A stretch of 64,000 nucleotides of DNA from Alphaproteobacteria bacterium (GCA_963667785.2 CAXXMU010000002.1:288001-352000), one strand, 5' to 3'; positions 11,156 to 21,209 are shown, numbered from the stretch's first letter. Made by a program: numbers and translations. The notes: generated from the sequence alone by a model not told the origin.

Positions 11156-12466
11156 ATGACCAGCAAGAGTCGCACGCCCGGACGTACCGGAAGCACCCGT
11201 CGTGCAGTCCTGAAGGCCGGCGCTGCCGGCGCCGCAGGTGCGGCCGCGCTGAGCGCGGGCTTCCCTTCCATCGTCCGCGCTGCGGAGACGGTGAGGATCG
11301 GCTATGTCAGCCCCAAGACGGGGCCGCTCGCGCCCTTCGCCGAGGCCGACGAGTTCAACGTCGCCTCAGTGCTGGAGGCCATCGGCGGCAAGGTGGACGC
11401 CGCCAGCGGGAGCCTCGACGTCGAGATCATCGTCAAGGACAGCCAGTCGAACCCGAACCGTGCCGCCGAGGTCGCGAGCGAGCTGATCCTCTCGGACGAG
11501 GTCCACCTGCTCTGCGCCGGCAACACGCCGGAGACCACCAACCCGGTGGCCGACCAGGCGGAGATCAACGAGGTCCCCTGCGTCACCACGCTCTGCCCGT
11601 GGCAGCCCTACTTCTTCGGCCGCGGCGGCAATCCGGCGGAGGGCTTCCAGTGGACCTACCATTATTTCTGGGGGCTGGAGGACATCATCGCGGTCTTCCT
11701 CAACCTCTGGAACAAGCTGGAGACCAACAAGGTGGTCGGCGGGCTCTATCCCAACGACGGCGACGGCAACGCCTGGGGCGACCCCGAGCTGGGCTTCCCC
11801 AAGCCGCTCGCGGGCGCCGGCTACACGCTGATCGATCCGGGCCGCTACCAGAACCTGTCGGACGACTTCTCGGCCCAGATCTCCGAGTTCAAGGATGCGG
11901 GCGCCGAGATCGTCACCGGCGTGGTGCTGCCGCCGGACTTCACCACCTTCTGGACCCAGTCCGCACAGCAGGGCTTCCGGCCGAAGGCGGCGACGGTGGG
12001 CAAGGCGCTGCTCTTCCCCGTCTCGGTCGAGGCGCTGGGGGACGCCGGTCACAACCTGAGCTCCGAGATCTGGTGGAGCCCGTCGCACCCCTTCACCTCG
12101 AGCCTCACCGGCCAGACCTGCGGCGAGCTTGCCGCCGCCTTCACCGCCGCCACCGGCAAGCAGTGGAGCCAGCCCGTGGGCTACGGCCACTCGATCTTCG
12201 AGGTCGCGCTCGACATCGTGAGCCGGGCGGACGACATCAACGATCCCGAGTCCATGCTGGCCTCCATCGTCTCCACCAACGTGTCGACGATCGCGGGCCC
12301 GGTCTCGTGGGGCTCCGGCCCGGTGAAGAACGTGGCGAAGATGCCGCTGGTCGGCGGCCAATGGCGGCGGACGCCGGACGGCCCCTTCGGCTACGACCTC
12401 GTCGTCACCTCCAACGAGACGGCACCGGACGTCCCCGCCGGCGGCGACATGGAAGCCATCGGCTAG
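11156..12466 (+). CDS. Branched-chain amino acid-type ABC substrate-binding protein with Tat signal
   Basis: TRRAVLK twin-arginine motif, IGYVSPKTGPLAPF, KDSQSNPNRA. First gene of a livKGFHM-like operon. Confidence 0.9.
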   Translation: MTSKSRTPGRTGSTRRAVLKAGAAGAAGAAALSAGFPSIVRAAETVRIGYVSPKTGPLAPFAEADEFNVASVLEAIGGKVDAASGSLDVEIIVKDSQSNPNRAAEVASELILSDEVHLLCAGNTPETTNPVADQAEINEVPCVTTLCPWQPYFFGRGGNPAEGFQWTYHYFWGLEDIIAVFLNLWNKLETNKVVGGLYPNDGDGNAWGDPELGFPKPLAGAGYTLIDPGRYQNLSDDFSAQISEFKDAGAEIVTGVVLPPDFTTFWTQSAQQGFRPKAATVGKALLFPVSVEALGDAGHNLSSEIWWSPSHPFTSSLTGQTCGELAAAFTAATGKQWSQPVGYGHSIFEVALDIVSRADDINDPESMLASIVSTNVSTIAGPVSWGSGPVKNVAKMPLVGGQWRRTPDGPFGYDLVVTSNETAPDVPAGGDMEAIG

Positions 12467-12520
12467 GGAGTCAGCCCTGCGGACGGCGCCTCCGGCGCCG
12501 CTCCGCAGGCGAGCGCCGGC

Positions 12521-13246
12521 ATGACGGCGTTGATCGCGCTGGAGGAAGTCTCCAAGAGCTTCGGCTCGGTCAGGGCGACCGACAAGTTCAGCATGGAGCT
12601 TGCCGAGGGCGAGGCGCTCGGCGTCATCGGCCCCAACGGCGCCGGCAAGAGCACCATGTTCAACATCATCACCGGCGGCGTGCGGCCGAGCGAGGGACGG
12701 GTCTACTTCGAGGGCCGCGACATCACCCGCGCCTCGGCGCACGAGCGCTGCCGCATGGGGATCGGGCGCTCCTACCAGATCCCCCATCCCTTCGCCAACA
12801 TGACCGTGTTCGAGAATCTGCTGGTGGGGGCGGCCTTCGGCGGCAATCGCTCGGAGGCCGCCTGCTACGACGACTGCGGTGACATCCTCGAGCGCACCGG
12901 CCTGCTGGAGAAGGCGAACGCGCTCGCCGGCGCGCTCACCCTGCTGGAGCGCAAGCGGCTGGAGATGGCGCGCGCGCTGGCGACCCGGCCGCGCGTGCTG
13001 CTGCTGGACGAGATCGCCGGCGGGCTCACCGAGCACGAGTGCGGCGCCCTGGTGGAGACGATCAAGGCGATCCACCGCACCGGCGTCTCGATCGTCTGGA
13101 TCGAGCATGTGGTGCATGCACTGCTCTCGGTGGTGAGCCGGCTCATCGTCATCAACTTCGGCCAGAAGCTCGCCGAGGGCGATCCGCAGCGGGTGATGGC
13201 GAGCGCCGAGGTGCAGGAGGTCTACATGGGGATCAGCGCCGAATGA
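12521..13246 (+). CDS. ABC transporter ATP-binding protein (LivG-like)
   Basis: GPNGAGKS, LLLDEIAGGL, WIEH. Confidence 0.92.
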   Translation: MTALIALEEVSKSFGSVRATDKFSMELAEGEALGVIGPNGAGKSTMFNIITGGVRPSEGRVYFEGRDITRASAHERCRMGIGRSYQIPHPFANMTVFENLLVGAAFGGNRSEAACYDDCGDILERTGLLEKANALAGALTLLERKRLEMARALATRPRVLLLDEIAGGLTEHECGALVETIKAIHRTGVSIVWIEHVVHALLSVVSRLIVINFGQKLAEGDPQRVMASAEVQEVYMGISAE

Positions 13247-13956
13247 GCGCGGCGCCCGAGGCGGTCCTGGAGACCCGGCAGCTCACCGCCTTCTACGGCG
13301 ACTTCCAGGCGCTCTTCGGCATCGACCTGCATGTGGGGCGGGGCGAGACCGTCGCCATCATCGGCGCCAACGGCGCCGGCAAGTCGACCTTCCTCAGGAG
13401 CGTTGTGGGCCAGCTCGGATCCGCGCGGGAGCAGGTGTCGTTCGAGGGCAGGGACATCGGCGACCTGCCCGCCCATGAGATCGTCCGTCGCGGGATCGCG
13501 CTGGTGCCGGAAGGGCGGCTCCTCTTCCCCTCGCTCTCGGTGGACGAGAACCTGCGCCTCGGCGCCTACGGCCGGCGTGCAGGCCCCTGGCGGATCGAGC
13601 GCGTGCGCGAGCTCTTTCCGGTGCTGTGGGAGCGGCGCGCGACGCCGGCAACGGCGCTGAGCGGCGGCGAGCAGCAGATGTGCGCCATCGGCCGCGCGCT
13701 GATGAGCAACCCGACGCTCCTGCTCTGCGACGAGCTCAGCCTGGGGCTGGCCCCGGTCATCATCCGCCAGCTCTACGCCGTTCTCCCGGTGATCGTCTCG
13801 GAGGGCACCACCGTCGTCGTGGTCGAGCAGGACATCAACCAGGCGCTCGCCGTCGCCGACCGTGTCTACTGCTTCCAGGAAGGCCGCGTCTCGCTGCAGG
13901 GCCGACCCGAAGAGGTGTCGCGAGCGGATGTCACCAGGGCCTACTTCGGGATCTAG
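13243..13956 (+). CDS. ABC transporter ATP-binding protein (LivF-like)
   Basis: GANGAGKS, VPEGR, LSGGEQQM, DELSLGLAP. ATGA overlap with the upstream stop. Confidence 0.92.
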   Translation: MSAAPEAVLETRQLTAFYGDFQALFGIDLHVGRGETVAIIGANGAGKSTFLRSVVGQLGSAREQVSFEGRDIGDLPAHEIVRRGIALVPEGRLLFPSLSVDENLRLGAYGRRAGPWRIERVRELFPVLWERRATPATALSGGEQQMCAIGRALMSNPTLLLCDELSLGLAPVIIRQLYAVLPVIVSEGTTVVVVEQDINQALAVADRVYCFQEGRVSLQGRPEEVSRADVTRAYFGI

Positions 13957-13993
13957 GAGAGCGGTGGTGCCGCCGGCAACGGGCTGACCTGCC

Positions 13994-14863
13994 ATGGAGT
14001 GGCTCGACGCCATCATACAGGGCGTTCTCCTCGGCGGGCTCTACGCGCTCTTCGCCACCGGCCTCTCGCTGATCTTCGGCGTGATGCGGCTGGTCAACAT
14101 CGCGCATGGCGATCTCATCGTGCTCGCGGCCTTCCTCGGGCTCGCCATGGTCAACGGCACCGGCGTGCATCCGCTGGTGAGCCTCGCCGTCACCGTGCCG
14201 GTGATGGCCGGCATCGGCTACGCGCTGCAGCGCGGCATCCTCAACTTCACGCTCGGCCGCGACATCCTGCCGCCGCTGCTCGTGACCTTCGGCCTCTCCA
14301 TCATCATCCAGAACGTGCTGCTCGAGGTGTTCTCCGCCGACACGCAGCGGCTCAAGGCGGGCGCGCTGGAGACGGCGAGCATCGCCATCGGCGAGCAGAT
14401 CGCCATCGGCTGGTTCCCGCTGATCGTTTTCCTGTCCGCGCTCGGCGTGATCGCGGGCCTGCAGCTCGTGCTCTTCCGCACCCGGCTCGGCGCCGCCTTT
14501 CGCGCCACCTCCGACGACCACCGGACCGCGGCGCTGATGGGCATCGACAACCGCCACGTCTTCGCGCTCGCCATGGCGCTGGCGCTCGCCGTGGTGGCGC
14601 TCGCCGGCACCTTCATGGCAATCCGCACCAACTTCTCGCCCGCCATCGGGCCGGCGCGGCTGCTCTATGCCTTCGAGGCCGTCATCATCGGCGGGCTGGG
14701 CAGCCTCTGGGGCACGCTCGCGGGCGGCGTGATCCTCGGCGTCGCCCAGGCCATCGGCGCCAAGTTCCACCCCGGCGGGCAGATCCTCGCCGGTCACGTG
14801 GCGTTCCTGATCGTGCTCGTGCTCCGCCCCAACGGCCTCTTCCCGCGAACGAGGGACCGGTGA
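13994..14863 (+). CDS. Branched-chain amino acid ABC permease (LivH-like)
   Basis: GLSLIFGVMRLVNIAHGD, IIGGLGS, multiple TM segments. Confidence 0.92.
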   Translation: MEWLDAIIQGVLLGGLYALFATGLSLIFGVMRLVNIAHGDLIVLAAFLGLAMVNGTGVHPLVSLAVTVPVMAGIGYALQRGILNFTLGRDILPPLLVTFGLSIIIQNVLLEVFSADTQRLKAGALETASIAIGEQIAIGWFPLIVFLSALGVIAGLQLVLFRTRLGAAFRATSDDHRTAALMGIDNRHVFALAMALALAVVALAGTFMAIRTNFSPAIGPARLLYAFEAVIIGGLGSLWGTLAGGVILGVAQAIGAKFHPGGQILAGHVAFLIVLVLRPNGLFPRTRDR

Positions 14864-15930
14864 GCGAGGGCGCGGCCGGCTATCGCGTCGAGCGCAGCAC
14901 GCGCGCGAGCCGCTACGGCGCGCTGGCCGCGCTGCTCGCGCTCGCCGTGCTGGTCTCGCTCCCCTTCTGGGGCGGGCGCGCCGACATGCGGACGATCGTG
15001 GAGATCGCCTACTACCTCGCGCTCGCGCAGCTCTGGAACCTGCTGGCCGGCTATGCCGGGCTGGTCTCGGTCGGGCAGCAGGCCTTCCTCGGGCTCGGCG
15101 GCTACACGCTTTTCGTGCTGGCGATGAACGCGGGCATCCATCCGCTTGCGGCGGTCCCGCTCGCGGGCGTCGCCGCGGCGCTCTTCGCCGTGCCGACGGC
15201 GTTCATCGTCTTCCGCCTGCGGGGCGCCTACTTCGCCATCGGCACCTGGGTCGTGGCCGAGGTCTACATGCTCTCCTTCGCTCAGGTATCCGCGCTCGGC
15301 GGCGGCTCCGGCATGAGCCTGCCGGCGGCGGTGGTGAAGGGCATCGCCCACGGCCGGATGTGGCGGGAATCGGCGATCTACTGGACCGGGCTCGCGATCG
15401 CCCTCAGCTCGATCGCGCTCGTCTACCTTCTGCTGCGCTCCCGCCACGGTCTCGCGCTCACCGCGATCAGGGATTCGGAGGCGGCGTCCGGCAGCCTCGG
15501 CGTCGACAATTTCCGCACCAAGATCTGGGTCTACATCGTCGCCGCCTTCGGCACCGGCATGGTCGGCGCGCTGGTCTTCCTCACCAAGCTCCGCATCTCG
15601 CCCGAGGCCGGCTTCAACGTCGTCGACTGGACCGCCAACGTCATCTTCATCGTCGTGATCGGCGGCATCGGCACCATCGAGGGGCCGATCATCGGCGTCA
15701 TCATCTTCTTCGTGCTGCGCGAGCTGCTGGCGGACTTCGGCAGCTGGTACCTGATCGTGCTCGGCGCGATTGCGGTGCTGATGATGCTGCGCGCGCCGCA
15801 GGGCGTCTGGGGCCTGATCGCCGAGCGCTTCGATCTCCGCTTCTTTCCGGTGCAGCGGCGTCTGGTGTTCGATCCCGCCAGCTTCAGCTTCGTCCCCGGC
15901 GACGGTCGGGAAGGAAAGCGCGGGCAGTAG
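14860..15930 (+). CDS. Branched-chain amino acid ABC permease (LivM-like)
   Basis: WNLLAGYAGLVSVGQ, RLRGAYFAIGT, VIGGIGTIEGP. GTGA overlap with the upstream stop. Confidence 0.9.
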   Translation: MSEGAAGYRVERSTRASRYGALAALLALAVLVSLPFWGGRADMRTIVEIAYYLALAQLWNLLAGYAGLVSVGQQAFLGLGGYTLFVLAMNAGIHPLAAVPLAGVAAALFAVPTAFIVFRLRGAYFAIGTWVVAEVYMLSFAQVSALGGGSGMSLPAAVVKGIAHGRMWRESAIYWTGLAIALSSIALVYLLLRSRHGLALTAIRDSEAASGSLGVDNFRTKIWVYIVAAFGTGMVGALVFLTKLRISPEAGFNVVDWTANVIFIVVIGGIGTIEGPIIGVIIFFVLRELLADFGSWYLIVLGAIAVLMMLRAPQGVWGLIAERFDLRFFPVQRRLVFDPASFSFVPGDGREGKRGQ

Positions 15931-15949
15931 CGTCGCCCGCCGGTGCGGT

Positions 15950-16639
15950 TTATTCCGAAAGGACCACGCCCCAGGGCAGGACCTGATTGCCGGAGACGAG
16001 GCTCGCGCCGAGGACGCGCGTGGGTTTCAGCAGGTGGGTGGGGTCGTCCTCGCTCGGCTCGAAGCGCACGGTGCCCTCGCCCCAGATCGTCTCGGTGATC
16101 TCGGTCTCCGCCGGAAGCTGCACCACTTGGCGCTTCACCGCGTCCGCACGGTCCGCCTCCGGCAGCGCCTTCACGAAGAGGCGGGGGAAGGTCTTGAGCG
16201 GCTCGAACTCCCGGCCGGTCGGGGTCATGTCGATCTCGATTACGCGCCGGCCGAGCCGCTCGGTGAAGCCCCAGATCCGCCCCGTGTCGACGTGCAGCTC
16301 CATCGCCGCGAGCTTCATGCGGAAACCCCAGAGCTCGCGGGTGCCCGCGCACACCTGGTCGGTGCTGGTGAAGGCATGCACCCAGTGCCCGCCGATCTCG
16401 CCGCGATAGCGCACCTGGGCGATGACGGCGCTGTCGTAGTAGGGCCGCGTCGGCACCGTGCTCTCGAAGTGCATGACGGTGATCTGCACCACGTTGGTGG
16501 CGAGCTCCAGCGGCGCCGGCACGCGGGGCACGAGCGCCGCCTCGTCCACCTCGCAGAAGATGCTGAGCGTGCGGAAGCGGTGCCGCCAGGGCGGCAGGGG
16601 GTAGGGCAGGAGCGCGGTGTCGAGCTGCTTCTCGTCCAT
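15950..16639 (-). CDS. Acetoacetate decarboxylase-like superfamily protein
   Basis: PYPLPPW, VPAPLE, RELWGF motif, WGEGTVRF...DP..LL.P. Confidence 0.75.
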   Translation of the reverse strand: MDEKQLDTALLPYPLPPWRHRFRTLSIFCEVDEAALVPRVPAPLELATNVVQITVMHFESTVPTRPYYDSAVIAQVRYRGEIGGHWVHAFTSTDQVCAGTRELWGFRMKLAAMELHVDTGRIWGFTERLGRRVIEIDMTPTGREFEPLKTFPRLFVKALPEADRADAVKRQVVQLPAETEITETIWGEGTVRFEPSEDDPTHLLKPTRVLGASLVSGNQVLPWGVVLSE

Positions 16640-16692
16640 CGGGGTTTCTCGGGGCGGTCTCTTCGCGTGGCGTCGTCCGGGCTGCTCGCGAG

Positions 16693-17685
16693 TCAGTCGA
16701 GGCCCAGGCTCGCCCGGTTCTCGCTCATGCTGGCGGCGATGCGATGGGCGACCTCGAGCGAGCGGATGCCGTCGGCGCCGCTCACCTCCGGCGGCCCGCC
16801 CGTCCGCACCGCGCGCACGAAGGCCTCGATCTCGCGCCGGAGCGGGTCTCCCCGGTCGAAGTCCAGCGTCTCCAGCGCCACCCCGTCGGGTCCCGCCGGC
16901 GCGCCGTCGCCCTTCTTGCGTGCGATCCTCACGCTGCGCTCGCCATGGTCGACCTTGATGTAGACGTCGGGCTGGAAGATGCGGAGCGTGCGCTCGGTCT
17001 TCAGGCTCACGCGGCTCGCGGTGACGTTGGCGACGCAGCCGTTGGCGAACCTGAGCCGGGCGTTGGCGATGTCCTCGCTCGCCGAGAAGACCGGCGTGCC
17101 CACCGCGTCGATCCCGGCCACCGGGGAGTCCACCAGCGCCAGGATGATGTCGATGTCGTGGATCATCAGGTCGAGGACGACGCTCACGTCGGTGCCGCGC
17201 TCGGAGAACGGCGCGATTCTGACCGATTCGATGTAGAGCGGGCGGGTGACGCGCGGGGCCACGGTGCGGAAGGCGTCGGAGAAGCGTTCGATCAGGCCGA
17301 CCTGAAGCACCAGCCCGCGCGCCTCGGCCAGCGCCGTGAGCTCCGTGGCGGTATCCACCCGCTTGGTGAGCGGCTTCTCGACCAGCACGTGGATGCCGGC
17401 ATCGAGGAGGTCCTTCACCACGGGATGGTGCGCGGCCGCCGGCACGGCGACGGCGGCGGCGTCGATGCGGCCGATGAGCGCACGGTGGTCGTCCACGGCA
17501 TCGGCGCCGAGGGGCGCGGCCACGGAGGCGGCTTGTGCGTGGTCGATGTCCGCGATGCCGACGAGGCGGGCGCCCTCGAGAGCGGCCATCTTCTCGGCGT
17601 GATAGCGGCCGAAATGGCCGACGCCCACCACGCCCAGCCTGAGCGCGCCGGCCTCCGCGGCCTGAGCCTCGGCGTCTCCTGCCAC
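16693..17685 (-). CDS. Gfo/Idh/MocA family oxidoreductase (GnnA-like)
   Basis: GVGHFGRYH, HVLVEKP, DVSVVLDLMIHDID, ANVTASRVS. Confidence 0.88.
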   Translation of the reverse strand: MAGDAEAQAAEAGALRLGVVGVGHFGRYHAEKMAALEGARLVGIADIDHAQAASVAAPLGADAVDDHRALIGRIDAAAVAVPAAAHHPVVKDLLDAGIHVLVEKPLTKRVDTATELTALAEARGLVLQVGLIERFSDAFRTVAPRVTRPLYIESVRIAPFSERGTDVSVVLDLMIHDIDIILALVDSPVAGIDAVGTPVFSASEDIANARLRFANGCVANVTASRVSLKTERTLRIFQPDVYIKVDHGERSVRIARKKGDGAPAGPDGVALETLDFDRGDPLRREIEAFVRAVRTGGPPEVSGADGIRSLEVAHRIAASMSENRASLGLD

Positions 17686-17698
17686 CGCCTGCGCCGCC

Positions 17699-19501
17699 TC
17701 AGGCCGCCTCGTCGACGAAGAGCTCCGCCAGCTCGAAGCGGTCCTGCGTCATGTAGGCCAGGCCCTTCGTGCTGATGCGGTAGTAGGGGATGGTGACGAG
17801 CGAGACGAATTCGAGGTTCATCTGCGGCGTCTCGAGCTCGCATCCCATATCACGCCAGGCAGCTATCAGCTTGTACTGGCGCTCGAAAAGCTCGTCGAAG
17901 GGGAGGTCGGAAGCGAGGCCGTTCAGCGGCGTCGGCAGCGACGCCTCCACCCTGCCGTTGCGCAGCGCGATGAAGCCGCCGTCCATCCTGATGGTCTCGT
18001 TGGCCGCTGCCGCCATGTCCTCGTCGGAGGCGCCGACCAGCACGATGTTCTGGTTGAAGACGTTGGCCGTGGTGCCGATGCAGCCCTCCTTGATCCCGAA
18101 CCCCTTGACGAAGGCGACGCCGATCTCGCCGGTGCCCATGATCCGGTCGATCATGCAGATCTTGTTGATGCCGTTCTCCGGGTCCGCCTGCACGAGGCCG
18201 TCGACGACGGGGAGCGTCTCTACCGAACCCGGCGTCTCGAGCGAGCCGTCGCGGGTATTGATGCAGCGCACGTTCACGGTCTCGCCGGCGCCGGCCGGCG
18301 CCTCGATGCGGAAGTCGGCGGGCTCGAGCGTGCGGTCGATGTTCATGGTGCCGTAGAGCCAGTCCGGATAGTGCGGGGTGGCGAGCAGCTCGAGCAGCTT
18401 GCCGTCCTCGACCCAGACCTTGCCGTTCGCCATCACGCGCGCGATCTCGAACCCTTCGAGGCTGTCGACGAAGACGATGTCGGCGTAGCGGCCCGCGGCG
18501 ATCATGCCCATGTCGTGGTTGACCCGGTAGAACTCGGCCGGCTGGATCGTGGACATCTGGATCGCCGTCATCGGGTCGAGGCCGTTCTGCACGGCGACGC
18601 GGATCGCGTTGTCCATCTGGCCGCGCTCCAGCATCCAGTCCGGCGTGATCACGTCGGTGCAGAGCTGGTAGGCGCGGGCGTGGTAGCCTTCCTCAGTTAT
18701 CACAGGAAGGCACGCCTCTATGTCCTTGCAGGCGCTTCCTTCTCTGATGACGATCCAGATGCCGAGCTCGGCCTGCCGCCGGGTCTCCGAGGCGTTGACG
18801 ATCTCGTGGTTGTGCATGATCCCGGAGGCGACCCAGGCGTTGGTGATCTTCTCGTCGGTCATGCCGGCCGAGTGGCCCTGGATGACCTTGCCCATGTCGA
18901 GCGCCTCCTCCATGAGGCTGAGCAGGGCCCGGTCGCGCTGGTTCTGGTAGAGCATCAGCTCCGGGCTGATCTCCTCGATGCCCTTGGTCTCGGGCCAGGT
19001 CAGCGAATCGCGCAGGTCGTCGATGCTCGGCGCGTTGGGCGAGGCGGGGAAGCCGATCCCCCGGTTCTGCGTGTAGCACATGGTGGGGGTGACGAAGATC
19101 GGCTTGACCGGCGTCGCCAGCAGTTCGTCGAGGAAGAAGCGCGACGCGCGCATGCCGTTGACGATGGCGTGGCCGTAGAAGCCGTCCACGATGGTCGTCG
19201 AGCCGTGCAGCAGCCGGCAGGCCGCGAACACGGTGGAGTTGGCGTAGGTGTGCCACTGGTGGCAGTGGGGGTCGATCAGCCCCGGCACCAGGAACCGGCC
19301 TTCGGCGTCGATCACCTCGGTGCGCTCGTCGATGGCATAGTCCACGTCGCCGACCGCGGCGATCCGCTCGCCCTTGATGGCGATCCCTTCCGCCTTGATC
19401 GTGCCGGTGTGGACGTTGACCACACGGCCGCCGGTGATGACCGTGTCGGCGGGCGCGTAGCCCATGGCTACGTCGATCAACCCTTCCCGCTGCAGCTCCA
19501 T
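17699..19501 (-). CDS. Adenine deaminase (AdeC)-family amidohydrolase with a divergent active site
   Basis: PGLIDPHCH, GHSA, HNHE, IREGSA, CTD, GMIAAGRYADIV, plus the AdeC C-terminal domain (LPTPLNGL, SLVTIP). Confidence 0.8.
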   Translation of the reverse strand: MELQREGLIDVAMGYAPADTVITGGRVVNVHTGTIKAEGIAIKGERIAAVGDVDYAIDERTEVIDAEGRFLVPGLIDPHCHQWHTYANSTVFAACRLLHGSTTIVDGFYGHAIVNGMRASRFFLDELLATPVKPIFVTPTMCYTQNRGIGFPASPNAPSIDDLRDSLTWPETKGIEEISPELMLYQNQRDRALLSLMEEALDMGKVIQGHSAGMTDEKITNAWVASGIMHNHEIVNASETRRQAELGIWIVIREGSACKDIEACLPVITEEGYHARAYQLCTDVITPDWMLERGQMDNAIRVAVQNGLDPMTAIQMSTIQPAEFYRVNHDMGMIAAGRYADIVFVDSLEGFEIARVMANGKVWVEDGKLLELLATPHYPDWLYGTMNIDRTLEPADFRIEAPAGAGETVNVRCINTRDGSLETPGSVETLPVVDGLVQADPENGINKICMIDRIMGTGEIGVAFVKGFGIKEGCIGTTANVFNQNIVLVGASDEDMAAAANETIRMDGGFIALRNGRVEASLPTPLNGLASDLPFDELFERQYKLIAAWRDMGCELETPQMNLEFVSLVTIPYYRISTKGLAYMTQDRFELAELFVDEAA

Positions 19502-19649
19502 CGCTTCCCCCCTGTGCGGCGCTGACGGGGCGGCACCGTAGTCGGTGTTGGGGACCCCTTCAAGCCGCGCTCCCGCCCGCTCCGGCAGGGTGAAGGCAGG
19601 GGCTCGGCAGGGGTGGGGGATGGACAGCGGCGGGCCGCCGCGCTATCCT

Positions 19650-19668
19650 GACAATGACTTTCACTTGC
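19650..19668. promoter_or_regulatory. Candidate Fur-type iron-responsive operator
   Basis: GACAATGACTTTCACTTGC matches 12/19 positions of the Fur box GATAATGATAATCATTATC. It is AT-rich in a GC-rich context and lies 5 bp before the ATG of an FbpC-like gene. Confidence 0.4.
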
Positions 19669-19673
19669 ATGGC

Positions 19674-20786
19674 ATGACTCGATCGATGGCGATCGACGGG
19701 GCAGGGCGTGCGCCTGCGGCGGACGCATCGAGCGGGCTGAGCCTGGAAGGCATCCACCACGCCTACGAGGCCGCGCCGGTGATACGCGGGGTCGACCTGG
19801 CGGTCGAGCGGGGCGAGATCCTGTGCCTGCTGGGGCCGTCCGGCTGCGGCAAGACCACCCTGCTCAGGATCGCCGCCGGCCTCGAGCGCCAGAGCGCCGG
19901 CCACGTCCTGATCGACGGCGAGGAGGTCGCCGGCCCGCACCTTTTCGTGGAGCCCGAAAAGCGCCGGATCGGGCTGATGTTCCAGGACTATGCGCTGTTC
20001 CCGCACGTGCGCGCCGTCGACAACGTGGGCTTCGGGCTGACCAACGGGCGGAGGGCGCAGCGGCGGGACACGGCGCTTCGCCTGCTCGGGCATCTCGGCC
20101 TTGCCCACCTCGCCGACGCCTATCCGCACGAGCTCTCGGGCGGGGAGCAGCAGCGCGTGGCGCTCGCCCGCGCGCTCGCGCCGGAGCCGCGCGCGATGCT
20201 GCTGGACGAGCCGTTCTCCGGCCTCGACGAGCGGCTGCGGGAGCGGGTCCGGGACGACACGCTGCGCTTCCTCCACGAGGCCGGGGTGCCGATCGTGCTG
20301 GTCACTCACGATGCGGACGAAGCGCTGCTGATGGCGGACCGGATCGCCCTGATGCAGGAGGGCGTGCTGGTCCAGGTGGGGAGCCCGGACGACCTCTGCC
20401 GCCGCCCGGCGAGCCCCTTCGTCGCGCGCTTCTTCGGCGCGCTGCCGGCCTTCGACGGCCGGGTCAGGGGCCGCGCGGTGGAGACTCCCATCGGGCGTGC
20501 ACCCGCCGCCTGCGGCGAGGGCTGCAGGGTGCGGGTCTATGTGAGGCCGGAGGCGGTGGCGCTGCTCGACGAGGGCGCCGCCGACGCCGACGGTCTCCCG
20601 GCGGCCCGGGTTCTCGACAGCCGGCCGCTCGGCACGACCAGCCATTTGAAGCTCGCGGTGGAGGGTCATGCGGCGCCGCTGACCCTCAACGTGGCCGACG
20701 ATGGCGCTCCGCGCGTCGACGACGTGGTCCGCATTCGGCTTGACCCACGCCGTACTTTTGTGTTCCCTGCCTCCCAAGACCTGTAG
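19674..20786 (+). CDS. ABC transporter ATP-binding protein, FbpC/PotA (Fe3+) type
   Basis: GPSGCGKT, FQDYALFPH, LSGGEQQRVALARAL, LDEPFSGLD, C-terminal TOBE-like region. Confidence 0.88.
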   Translation: MTRSMAIDGAGRAPAADASSGLSLEGIHHAYEAAPVIRGVDLAVERGEILCLLGPSGCGKTTLLRIAAGLERQSAGHVLIDGEEVAGPHLFVEPEKRRIGLMFQDYALFPHVRAVDNVGFGLTNGRRAQRRDTALRLLGHLGLAHLADAYPHELSGGEQQRVALARALAPEPRAMLLDEPFSGLDERLRERVRDDTLRFLHEAGVPIVLVTHDADEALLMADRIALMQEGVLVQVGSPDDLCRRPASPFVARFFGALPAFDGRVRGRAVETPIGRAPAACGEGCRVRVYVRPEAVALLDEGAADADGLPAARVLDSRPLGTTSHLKLAVEGHAAPLTLNVADDGAPRVDDVVRIRLDPRRTFVFPASQDL

Positions 20787-20875
20787 ACGGCAACACTGCG
20801 GGACCGGCGCCGCGCGGCGGATTTCGCGCCCGCGACCGGCCGTCGCACCCGCCGTCGCGAGACTGGAGCCGTGTC

Positions 20876-21145
20876 ATGGGTATCTCGATCTGGCAAATCC
20901 TACTGATCGTCCTGGTGATCGTTCTGCTGTTCGGCGCCGGCAAGCTGCCGCGCCTGATGGGCGACTTCGCCAAGGGCATCAAGAGCTTCAAGACCGGCAT
21001 GCGGGAAGGCGAGGCGCCCCCGCCGCCGGCACAGAGCGCTGCCGCTCCGGCCGAGGCTCCGCAGGAGCCCAAGGTGATCGAGAGCGAGCCCTCGACCATC
21101 GAAGCCAGCGCCGTCAAGAAGGACGAAGAAGCCGCCAAGAGCTAG
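20876..21145 (+). CDS. tatA: Twin-arginine translocase TatA
   Basis: WQILLIVLVIVLLFGAGKLPRLMGDFAKGIKSFK. Confidence 0.95.
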   Translation: MGISIWQILLIVLVIVLLFGAGKLPRLMGDFAKGIKSFKTGMREGEAPPPPAQSAAAPAEAPQEPKVIESEPSTIEASAVKKDEEAAKS

Positions 21146-21209
21146 CAGCCTGACCCTGGACGGCTGAAGGGAAACAGGGAGAACACCCGCTCCCGCAGCG
21201 GGCGCACAC

